64,000 bases of DNA from Blastocystis sp. Blastoise (GCA_039096225.1 JBBPEB010000022.1:1-64000); one strand, 5' to 3'; counted from the first letter of the stretch, positions 1-12,016 are shown. Made by a program: numbers and translations. The notes: a model not told the origin generated them from the sequence alone.

Positions 1-619
1 ATGAGAATAGGCAAAAAAATTCCCATTGGTCAGTTTTTGGAAAAACCATTTGATTGGCTAATGTATACTATAGTTTGTCGCCGCAACTCCTCTAAACTTA
101 CGGGGAGTTAACTTTTGGCTGAAACACAGTTCAATACGATATAACGTGTAGTTGTGCACCGTATATTTGGTTAAGCGATATTATTAATAATTAAAAAGTT
201 ATTAATAAAAAAACAGAAAACATGATTTTTGAGTCGTTTTTGATTGGCTCTTTGGGATCATCCCGATAAAAATTGTTGACCAGACAATTGGAAAATAAAC
301 ATGGGGTAAACTTGATTTTTTCTCAATCCCACAATATACGTTATCCGTGTTTATTCTTTATATTTATCTACTTTTTAATACTTTTTCATATTGAACACGT
401 GAGGCCTTAACGGTCAAATTTAGATTCTTATTTTGACATGATATTCTGATTCAGGAGGTCGAAAAACCTAGGTGTACCAATTTTGAGCTCCTGAGGACGA
501 TTTTTGAGTGATCGATATTTTCTTTGATCTTCTTATAATCAACTAATATTGTAGTATTGTAATCAATAGGTCATCAAACTACTATATCTAAAACAAAGTC
601 TTAAAATAATGAGTTTTAG

Positions 620-1620
620 TGTCACAATTTTGAAAAGTGTGAATTAAGTGGTCTTAGAGTGAGAGATTCAATATAATGACTTTTATTTAGTAAACTAGAG
701 ATAATACTCTATTCTATGTTAAAAGGAAAGTCAAAATTATGAAGGTCAAAGTGTATGACCAAATGACAAAATGTGTCTTAAAAAGTAAAATGGTTTATAT
801 ATGTGTATAGAATCTTATATCAAGTCTATTCTATGAATAATAGCTTTAAATAAATAGTTTAAGGTTGTCAAATTTAAAAGAATGTGTAAAACATAGTCTT
901 AAACTGTGAATAAAAAATTTAGAGATATTAATTAGTATACAGCTGTAGTAGCTCTACAACATATCAAAAGTACAAAGAAAATAATTTTTAGAGAGTGGAT
1001 GTGTGAGGTGTTGTGACTATTATTTAAAATTTATTTTCACTTCAGTTTATATAAAATCGTGAATTTCGTGCATTGTAGAAAAATTGAGTCAAAATATCAA
1101 CTCTAAGGGTCTTAAATTTTGAAAAATGTAAAAATGAGTGACTTAGAGGACGAGATTCAAAATAAGAGCTTTTATTCATTAAACTAGAGTGTATGATCTA
1201 TATTATATTAAAAGAAGGGACGAAAATGTTTTGATCAAAGTGTATGAGCAAATGGTAAAGTGTCTTTAAAAGTGTTATGATGATGACAGTTGTGTATATA
1301 GGTTTAAATCAAGTCTACTCTTAAAATATTAGCTTTAAATAGCAAGTTAAAGGTTGTCTATTTGTCAAAATGTTTTAAAGACTGTCCTAAAATAAGAGAT
1401 TCAAGAAGTTGACTTTCATTTTATACATTATATGTCTATATAAACACTTTACTAAAAGAACTTTGGAAAATATTGTGGATGAGTGTTTTATCAAATGGTA
1501 AAGTTGTATCAAGAGTTGATTGTTTTCATTCCTTTTAGTATAAATCAATGTTTTGTGTCTACTCTTTAAAACTAACCATTTAACACTGAGTTTAAAGTTT
1601 TAAAGTCAACATGTGTGTTT
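620..1620. repeat. Degenerate ~245-bp tandem repeat array (A-B-A'-B' dimers) in the Helitron 5' subterminal region
   Basis: GAGATTCAA at 663, 1152, 1396; AAGTGTATGAsCAAATG at ~748 and ~1238; TCAAGTCTA, AGCTTTAAATA and AAGGTTGTC recur ~489 bp apart. Confidence 0.8.
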
Positions 1621-1921
1621 GGTTTGTTTACTTTTAATTATTAAAATTGAGTTTAAATCAATAAAACAAGTTTAACACATGTATTTTGATTGATATAATC
1701 AGTTTTAAGATGACTTGGCTGTTTAAGTATAAATGGATTTGTTCTCATTGTGACTGTTGTTGAGAAGAGTAAGTCTAAAAAAACTATAAAAAGTTAGATA
1801 TATATATATATAAGGTCAAAATTGAAAAGTATAAATTAAACTGGATTAAAATAAATTTAAAAAAGAGAATATATATATATAATAATATATAAATAAAATA
1901 TTTAAAAAAAGAAAAATAAGA

Positions 1922-1988
1922 CTTCATGTCAGGAATTGAACCTGAAAACAATCTATAATGATTGCTTCTCTCCTTCCAGAGCATAAAG
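1922..1988 (-). ncRNA. tRNA-like cloverleaf with B-box/T-loop (5'-type, copy A)
   Basis: Minus strand reads CTTTATG CTCT-GGAAGG-AGAG AAGCAATC-ATTATA-GATTGTTT(T) TCAGG-TTCAATT-CCTGA CATGAAG. Confidence 0.7.
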
Positions 1989-1989
1989 G

Positions 1990-2014
1990 GAGTTTAAAGA
2001 GTAATAATAATAAT

Positions 2015-2050
<36 letters not shown>

Positions 2051-2434
2051 GGAATGAAGGAAGTAGGAAGAATGTGGAAGTAGGAAGTAGGAAGAAAGAA
2101 GAAGGAAGGATGAAGGATGAAGGAAGAAGGAAGAAGTAGGAAGAAGGATGAAGGAAGAAGAAGGAAGAAGGAAGAAGTAGGATGAAGAAAGAAGGATGAG
2201 GAAGTAGGAAGAAGAAGGAAGAAGAAGGAAGAAGGAAGAATGACGGATGAGGAAGTAGGAAGTAGGAAGGAAGAATGAAGAATGAAGAATGAAGAATGAA
2301 GAATGAGGAAGAAGGTAGTAGGAAGGATAAGGAAGAAGTAAAATGAAGTAGAAAGAAGGAAGAAAGAAGAAAAAGGAACAAGAAGACTATTAAACCTATA
2401 TACAATAGAAAAAATATAAAAAGATAACATAAAA

Positions 2435-2465
<31 letters not shown>

Positions 2466-2669
2466 AATAAATAAATAAATATAATAAATATAATAAATAT
2501 AATAAATATAATAAATAAATAAAAAACATAAATAAATAAATAAATAAATAAATATAATAAATAAATAAATATAATAAATAAATAAATAAATATAATAAAT
2601 AAATATATATAAATATAATAAATATAATAAATAAATAAATAAATATAATAAATAAATAAATAAATATAA

Positions 2670-2700
<31 letters not shown>

Positions 2701-3180
2701 AAAACATAAATAATAAATAATAAAAATGAAAACAATAAATAAAATATAAATATATACCTAATAGAATAATCTGAAACCACAGACTAAGAAGAACGACATG
2801 AAAAAACGAAGACCACAACACATCAACAACATTTTCTTTCCTATAGAATAAAAATAATTAAAAACAATTTAATAGATGATATAAAAAGACAAAATAAATA
2901 ATATAGATAATAAAATTAAATAATAACAAAAAGTAATTAGTAAAAAATAAACAGATGTTAAGAAATAAATAATATATTTATATACCTGATAATAAGTAAC
3001 CCATTTCACACAACCAGGACCACTTTAAGAACCACTCACCACCACAACCAAGACAAATACAAGAGAATCCTATAAAAAAGTGTATTATTATAAATAAATA
3101 AATTAATATATACAAATAAATATAAAAATAATAACTAAATAACATCAAATTAATTAATAAAACATACCCAGACAATCAAT
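1990..3180 (-). other. Divergent spliced transcription unit, probably non-coding or degenerate: 84-nt exon 3069-2986, exon ~2840-2757, long CTT-rich last exon from ~2395
   Basis: TATAG|G acceptors and CAG|GTATA donors flank GC-richer islands conserved in all five copies; introns are TTTA-rich like host introns. Confidence 0.55.
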
Positions 3181-3216
3181 ACAAACAAATATTTAAAAAA
3201 TGTAAAAAACTATAGT

Positions 3217-3232
3217 TTTTGGGTACCCAAAA
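3217..3232. promoter_or_regulatory. Perfect 16-bp palindrome TTTTGGGTACCCAAAA in the putative bidirectional promoter
   Basis: Lies between the two divergent exon series; recurs at ~18311, ~28081, ~43119 and as a variant at ~36547. Confidence 0.5.
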
Positions 3233-3426
3233 TGTTTTTAATAAAAAATGTCCCTATTATCAGCTTAGCATAAGATAATAATAAAAATTCGAGGTTATTT
3301 ATGATTCCTATTAATTTTTAAATATGCATATTTTAAATATTGTCCCTATTTTACAAAAGTTCAAATATGAATATGTTTTTGTTTTCTACATAAAAATACT
3401 TATTTTATAATTAGTTATTAAATAAG

Positions 3427-6400
3427 ATGCCTAGAAAAGGCAGAATGTCATCAAGGCGGAGGTCCTTGAATCAAAAAAAATACGTTTCTCAAAGACGGTC
3501 CAGTATGTATTGTATTTATTTTTTTTTATTATTCATATATAGGTTCTTCTACTCAACAGGATGCAAGTATGGATGTCATTGATGGTGATGGTGCTTATCA
3601 ATATGGTCTTGAAGGTATATATTTATACATTTCTTTTTGTTTTATTATTTTATATTATCTTAGACTCTTCTCTGTCCTTGGTGTCCTTTACTGATGATGG
3701 TATAATGTTTTCAAGTGGTCTTGAAGGTATGTTGTCAATCATTTGTTTTTATTTTTATATTTTTATTTATCTATAGGTTCTTCTGTTGTTGTGGACTCTG
3801 TTGCTGGAGCTATTGATGATGATATACACTCCACTAATGGTCTTGAAGGTATGTTGTCAATCATTTATTTTATTTTTTTTTTTTATTTTTATTTATCTAT
3901 AGGTTCTTATACTCATGATGATGTTGTTGCTGATGCTACTGATGGTGATGCTAACTCTTCTCATGGTCTTCAAGGTATGTAATCATTTATTTATTTATTT
4001 ATTTTTAATTATTTCTTTTATTTCCTATTTATATGTTATTATAGGTTCTTCTGTTGCTATGAATGTTGGTGCTGATCTTAATCATAAAGAAGGTATATAT
4101 AATATATTTTCTTTTTCTTCTTTTTGATTTACTTTTATTTTATAAATATATATAGGTCCTTCTGTTCTGATAGTGTCTTCTGTTCATGGTACTGTATCTG
4201 ATGGTGATCATCCTTCTAATGCTAAAGGTATATAGATATATCATATATATATATTTTTTATTATTCTTTTAATTCTTTCTTATTTGTTTTTATATAGGTC
4301 CTTCAACTCAGTTAGTACATGGTCATTCTTCTATTCCTTCTTCAGAAGGTATATATATATATATATATATATATGTATCTATGTTTATTCTATTTTATGA
4401 TTCTATATAGGTGTGTCTTTTAATTTGGGATCGTGTGACTCTGTTGTTGGTCTTGATATAGTTACTACTAATATATATAAAGGTATATATATATATATAT
4501 AATATTATTTATTTATTTATACTTATACTATTGTATATATATATATAGGTGATGGTGTTAATAATTCTTCAGTCGTTGATGGTGTCAACAATTCTTCAAT
4601 TATTCAATGTATATTTATACTTATATTATATTCTATACTTATATAGGTTCAAATAAAGTTGTGGGTAAGTATTATTTATTATTTTAGTTTCTTTTTCTTT
4701 TGTTTTATTATTTTTTTTTCTTTCACAGATAATAGCTTTCTGTTGTCTGCTTTCTTTTTATTATCTATTTATATATTTATTTACTAAGCTTAGCTTTAGC
4801 TACTTAGTATTTAAATATTTAATAGAATCCTTTCTTTTTTCATTTTTGTTTTGTTATTTTTTTTTTTATTTTAATTTTACTTTAATCGTATCGATTAACG
4901 GGAAGGTGTCGGATATTAAGATAATTTTTGAATTACTTAATATTAAATAGTGTTGAGTATTTTAATATTTGTATTTAATTTAATTAATACAACTATTGAT
5001 TACCTATATGACTCATACTATTGCTGACTATTGTTCGCTTCTAACTCTATATAGTCTAACCGATGTAATACTATCAATGATGAGATATCTAAGTGTTAAG
5101 ATTCTTCACTTACTCACATTGTATATGATATTAACTGGTAGTTAGCTATATGTTTATAGAATGTTGTAACAAAGCACAATAGCTATAGATGTCCTCTATG
5201 AGGTTGAATCATATAGATTGTTTAATAAATTATACAATATTAATTACCTATACTTATTTAATATTAGTTTTCATTAATTATAATATTATCTTTCATTACA
5301 TTATAGTATTGAAGATAATTATTAATTAATAAAGTTTTTACTTTATATTATTTAATATATCATACTATATGTATGTATTATTATATTAATAAAGGTTATA
5401 TACTTTATATTAATAAATATATCATAGTATATCTATGTATTATTATATTAATAAAGGTTATATACTTTATATTAATAAATATATCATAGTATATCTATGT
5501 ATTATTATATTAATAAATGTTATACTTTATATTAATTAATATATCATAGTATATTCTATGTATTATTATATTAATAAAGGTTATATACTTTATATTAATA
5601 TATATAATATCATACTATACTTATGTATTATATTATATTAATAAAGGTTATACTTTATATTAATAAATATATCATAGTATATCTATGTATTATATTATAT
5701 TAATAAGAGTTATATACTTTATATTAATAAATATATCATACTATATCTATGACTTATATTATATTAATAAAGGTTATACTTTATATTAATTAATATATCA
5801 TACTATACTTATGTATCATATTATATTGATGAAGGTTATACTTTATATTAATTAATATATCATACTATACTTATGTATGTATTATTATATTAATAAATGT
5901 TATACTTTATATTAATATATATATTATCATACTATATCTATGTATTATATTATATTAATAAAGGTTATACTTTATATTAATTAATAAATACTTCAACAAC
6001 TATAACAATGAAAGTTAATTTATATACTACACAACTAAACTTTATTCTAAACTTAAACATAATATATTTAATATCTAATAATTAATATATATAGGTTCCA
6101 ATAAGGATAAAATAAATAATAATGATTTATCTAAATCATTTGGTTTTAACTCAAAACCTTTAGCTTTGTTTTCGACTTTTAATTTTCAAAATAATATTCC
6201 TTTACAAAACATTCAAAACAATAATTCAAATAACAATATTGATATTGATATCGATAATCGTTATTCACAAATAAATAATAATAATTCTATATTAAATAAT
6301 GGTTCAAACCTATTCAATCAAATGAATCCAGTTAATCAATCAATTAATAACATATCTATTGTTCAAAGTCAAATTAATAATAATAATCAATCTATTCCTA

Positions 6401-9400
6401 TATCAACTACTATTATACAACCTACAGAAAAAAATACTTCTGTTTCTAATAATAATAATGATTCTATTAATACTTCTTCACACTCTTTACCTGTTGTTAC
6501 TACTATTCCAACTGATGTAAATATATCTAACAATAATAATTCTACAATCATTAATGATAATACAAATAATTCAAGAAATAACACTAATACTAATAATAAT
6601 GAAACAATAATACATAGAAATAATAGATCTATTAATTCCATTATGAATAGTTATTTAACTATTCCTGATTTAAGTCCTATTCTTCCTCCTTTAAGTATTC
6701 TAACAAATATTCCTCATATTAATTTAAATAATGATAATGAATCAGAAATTATAACAACAATACCTAATAGTAGTAGTAGTAGTAGTTCAAGTGATAGTAG
6801 TAGTAGTAGTAGTAGTAGTTTTTCTGATAATGATTCTGATTCTGATTATATTGATCCTTTTCCTAATATTAATAGTAATACTCAAAATAATGACGAAATA
6901 CCAGTTGTAAGAACTATTAGAAGACCTATAACAGATAATAGTATGTTTTTTATTATTTAAATATATTTATTTAATACTTTTTTATAGTTGAAGAAGATAT
7001 AATTATTCATCCTATTATTAATAGAGGAAGAAGAAGAGCTTTAGATATTTGTATGCTATTTATTTTTTATAATTCTTTATGAATAATTAAATAACAAATT
7101 ATTTTTATAGATAATCAACAAAGATTATTATATCCTGGATTACATAATTGTATTGCTTCTATTCAAAGAAGTATTTATATATATTTAATATTTATTTTAT
7201 ATTATTTTATATAGATTCTCATGGTGATTTCGTATTAAATGAAGCATTGAATACTTATAAAGCTAATTATTTAGGTGATTTTAATGTTCATTGTGAATAT
7301 TGTCATGCTAAACATTTTGAATTAGAGAAAGGAATGAATGATAAGTTTTATACTTGCTGTGGTAGTGGTAAAGTAGTTCTTCCTGAGCTTCCTGATCTTC
7401 CTAATACTATTCGTTCTTTATTACAAAGAGATAATCCAGATTCAAGAGAATTTATTAATAATATTATTCGATATAATAATTCTGTTGCTTTAGCTTCTTT
7501 AGCTGGAAATAATACTTCTGATGATGATTTAAGAAATTCTTCTGGACCTTTACTATTTAAATGTGGAGGTAATATATATCATACTTTTAAGAGTGCTTTA
7601 GATTTTGATGTGAATGATCCTACAAGACATCCTGTATTCAATCAATATTATATGATAGATGGAGATGAAGCTACTCATATGAGAAGTATGAATCGATATT
7701 TTTGTGATTTAAAACCAAATATTTTAGAGATATTAGATAGTACAATAAGAGAATATCATCCATTAGCTCAAATATATAATTCACTTCGAGAAAGAGTAGA
7801 TGAAGTATTAGAAGAGAATAGTCAAATGAATAGAAATAATATTAATTTATTAATAGAGTTTAAGAAACAAAGAAGAGAAGTACCTGATATAAGAAGATAT
7901 AATACTCCTCAAGTAGATGAAGTAGCAGTAATATATCAATATAGAGAAGGAGGAGTAATGCCAGAAAGAAGTTATTGTTGTTTTCCTAGAAGTGGTATGG
8001 AAATAGTAGCTACTAATAGTAATAATGAACAGAATCGTTATACTTCAGGTCAATATATAGTAATGAAGAATACTAATTCTTATATAGATTGTATGGTTTA
8101 TCCAGTTATGTTTCCAACTGGAAGACAAGGTTGGTATCCAGATTTATTATCATTGAATCGTTCTAATCAAATTACTATTACTATGTTAGAATATTATAAT
8201 TATATGCTTCAAATGAAAGATCCACCTTATGATAATTATTTATTAAAATATAAGAAATTAACTTTACAATATATTACTGATAATTATATTCGAGTAGAAC
8301 AAAATAGAATTAATTATATACGAAATAATCAAAATAAGTTAAGAGCTTCAACTTATCAGAATATAAATAATATGTTAGAAGAGAGAGGAGATCAAATAAA
8401 TGAGAATGATAGAAATATAGATAGAATAGGTAAAGCTATTATATTACCTTCTTCTTTTGTTGGTAGTCCAAGAAATTTGCAACAGAAATATATGGATGCT
8501 ATGAGTGTAGTTCGAGAATATGGTAAACCTGATTTATTTATAACATTTACTTGCAATCCAGATTGGTTAGAAATAAAGAATAATATTCCAGAAGGTTATA
8601 CTGTTAATGAATTTCCAGATTTAGTTTCAAGAGTGTTTCATTTAAAGTTGAAACAATTACTTTCTGATATAAAGGATAAGAATATATTTGGTACTGTAGA
8701 AGCTTTATTATATTCAGTGGAATTCCAAAAGAGAGGTTTACCACATTCTCATATATTAATTATTTTAGATACGAATTCTAAATATAGAACAGAAGATGAA
8801 GTAGATAGTATAATAAGTGCAGAGATTCCTGATAAAGAATCAACTCCTCTTCTTTATGAATTAGTTAAGAAACATATGATTCATGGTCCATGTGGTCCTG
8901 ATTATGATACGAATTGTGTTTGTATTGATAGATCAACAGGTAAATGTAGTAAGAGATTTCCAAAAGAATATATAGAGCAAACTAATTGTCATTTAAATTC
9001 TTATCCTTTATATCAAAGAAGAAATATTCCTGATAGAACTATTACTCTTATTCGTAGTCATAATACTTATACTATTGATAATCGTTGGGTAGTTCCTTAT
9101 AATCCTTATTTATTATTGAAATATCAAGCTCATATTAATGTAGAAGTCTGTTGTAATATTCAAAGTACAAAATATATATATAAGTATGCATTAAAAGGAA
9201 ATGATTCTGTGATAGCTCAATTAAGAAGAGTGAATGATAATGGAATAGTAGATGAAACTCAAGCTTATTTAGATTGTCGATATGTTTCTCCTCCTGAAGC
9301 TTCTTATCGTTTGAATTGTTTTGAAATTACTTATAATTCTGTTTCTATTAATAGATTACCTATTCATTTACCTGATGATCCATATATATTATTTCGAGAA

Positions 9401-11827
9401 GGACATGAAGTAGAAGCATTAAGGAATAGTTTAGAGAAAGGTACTAAATTAACAAAATACTTTGATTTAGAGAAAGAAGTTCAGAATCAAAGAAAGATAT
9501 ATACTTATTATTATATAGAGAAGAAGCATGGTATTCGTAATATGAATAATGTAGAAGAAGAAAGAGAATTGATTCAAGTTCGTTTAGAAGAGATAAATAG
9601 AATAAATAGTTATGAAGTAGATGATGATAATATATCCGAAGAATTATTGAAAATATTAGATGAGAAATATCCTATTTATGCTTATCATGAAATACCAAAA
9701 TATTATGTATGGAAATCGAATACAAATACTTGGAATAGACGTCAGAGAGATATAAAAGCTTTAGGAAGAATGTATTATGTGAATCCAAAAGATAAGGAAC
9801 GATATGCTTTGAGATTATTATTATTGAATACGAAAGGAGCTGATAGCTTTGATTCTTTGAAGATAGTAAAAGGATTGAATAGTAATGAACCTTATAGAAC
9901 CTTTAGTGAAGCAGCTATAGCAAGAGGATTATTGAATAATGAGAGAGAAGTATTTGATTCATTTTCAGAAGCTATTGTTTTTGCTACTCCATGTCAATTG
10001 AGACAATTATTTATTACTTATATTTCAGAATCATTATTAACAAATGTGAAAGAGTTTTGGATTCGATTTAAATCATTTCTTAGTGAGGATTATAAACATT
10101 CAATGCATAATAATGAAATAGATTATATAAATACTCCTTTAGCTCAAGATTTAGATTCATCAAGTGTTATAGAAGATGATACTAATAGTGTTCTTCAAGA
10201 TTATGAAATACGTACTTTACAAGATATAAAAGAGATGATGATAAGTATAGGAGTGAATTATAATGATTTAGGATTACCTCAAGTAGAAGAACAACATCAT
10301 TATAATGATTATAATTATAATCCTACATTAGAATTACAAGAAGCTAATAGAGTAATAGAATTATTAAATGAAGAACAAAGAAATGCATTTGATAGAGTAA
10401 TTCATTCAATAGAAAGTAGTAGAATAGAAGATAAGTTATGTTTCTTTATAGATGGTCCAGGTGGAAGTGGAAAGACTTTCTTATATAATAGTTTATTAAG
10501 TTATTTACGTGGACATAATAAGAATGTATTACCTGTAGCTTCAACAGGAATTGCTTCTACTTTATTACCAGGTGGTAGAACAGCTCATAAACAATTTGGT
10601 ATTCCTTTGAATGTTGATCCTGATTCTACTTCAAATATAGATTTAGCTAGAGATAGAAGAAAAGTAGAAGAAATAAGAATAGCTGATTTAATAATATGGG
10701 ATGAAGCTCCTATGATGAAAGGTGATTGTTTTATGGTAGTACATAGATTATTATGTGATATAATGAATACAGAATTAGATATTCCTTTTGGTGGTAAAAC
10801 AGTAGTATTAGGAGGAGATTTCAGACAATGTTTACCAGTTATAAGAAAAGGAACTCAAGCTCAGATTGTTAGTTCTTCTATAAAGTTTTGTTCCTTATGG
10901 AATTCTATCAAAAATAATGTCATTCATTTATCAAGAAATATGAGAGCTTTAGAAGGAGCAGATGATTTTAGACAATGGTTATTACAAGTAGGAGATGGTG
11001 TTCTTTCTAATAATTATACTATTAGTCATCATTTAGATATAGATTATATTCCTATTCCTCCTCAATGTATTGTGAATGATGATTTATGTGTTACTGTATT
11101 TGGACATCGAATCAATACTTCTCTTGATTCTGATATCAAACGATTAGCTTCTTCTGTTATATTAGCTTCTACTAATGATTGTGTTGGTACTTTAAATGAT
11201 TTCATTGTTGATAATCTTCTTTCTGGAACTACTACTCCTTATATCTCTTCTGATTCTATTCTTGATTCTGAAACAGATGATCCAGAATCAAATTATCCTA
11301 TCGAGTTTATCAATTCTCAAACACCTTCTGGAATGCCTCCTCATATATTAAATTTAAAAATAGGTTGTATCATTATGCTTTTAAGAAATCTTAATCCTTC
11401 TAAAGGATTATGTAATGGTACTAGACTTATAGTAACTCGATTAGGATCAAATAATATTACTGCTACTATTTTAAATCCTCCTCCTTCTCTTACTATTGAT
11501 GAACAAACTGTTATTATTCCAAGAATCATCTGTAATTCAAATCCTGAAGATCTTCCTATTATTATATCCAGAAGACAATTTCCTATTCGTTTAGCCTTTG
11601 CCATGACTATCAACAAATCTCAAGGACAAACATTTGAAAGAGTTGGTGTTTACTTAGATCGTCCTGTCTTCTCTCATGGTCAACTCTATGTTGCTTTCAG
11701 TCGTGCTCGATCTTTCAACGCTCTTTTTATTAAGGTAGTTGATAGTGTCTCTCAAGGTAAGATGATTAGTAGTAGTAATGAAATATTTACTAAGAACGTG
11801 GTCTTCAGGTCTACTCTAAATAATTAA
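3427..11827 (+). CDS. Helitron RepHel (HUH Rep + PIF1 helicase); predicted 15 exons, 2,085 aa
   Basis: Exons 3427-3502, 3543-3614, 3664-3726, 3777-3848, 3903-3974, 4045-4092, 4156-4227, 4298-4348, 4411-4482, 4549-4608, 4647-4664, 6095-6940, 6988-7050, 7111-7170, 7215-11827 join into one open frame. Motifs: CEYC..CC Zn-knuckle-like, PDLFITFTCNP, VEFQKRGLPHSH, YIYKY, GPGGSGKT, IWDEAPM, GDFRQCLP, FAMTINKSQGQT, HGQLYVAFSR. The last exon is certain; the upstream joining is inferred. Confidence 0.9.
5320..5985. repeat. ~60-bp AT-rich minisatellite (~11 units) in RepHel intron 11
   Basis: Unit TATTATATTAATAAAGGTTATA(TA)CTTTATATTAATAAATATATCATASTATATCTATG repeated in tandem. Confidence 0.9.
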
Positions 11828-12016
11828 ATGCTTTATTTTTTCTTTTTTCTTCTTTTGTTATATTTGTTTGTTTTTGTTTTATGTTTGTTAATTATTTTTT
11901 CTTTTTAATCTATTACTTCTTCACTTTTTATTTGTTTTTTAAATGTTTATAATAAACAAGGTTGTTTTGTTCAATAAAGTTAAAGAAATAATTTTAAAAC
12001 CCAACTGCACAACGCA

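Noticed and set aside
1784-2821. Long overlapping ORFs rich in F/L/S/Y/I, with equivalents at 11.9-12.7, 18.8-19.5, 26.9-27.6, 32.3, 37 and 42 kb
   Set aside because: They are translations of TTTA, CTT, AT and GAAATA simple repeats, open in several frames at once
3543-4664. Repeat-spacer pattern resembling a CRISPR array
   Set aside because: The repeats are splice-site contexts (TATAG|GTTCTTCT, GAAG|GTAT); there are no cas genes and the context is eukaryotic
7148-7214. ORF-track start of RepHel at 7148
   Set aside because: It is a TTG start reading through an intron (7171-7214); the spliced upstream exons supply the frame
11341-11616. Antisense ORF within RepHel
   Set aside because: Shadow frame of a coding region with no independent signals
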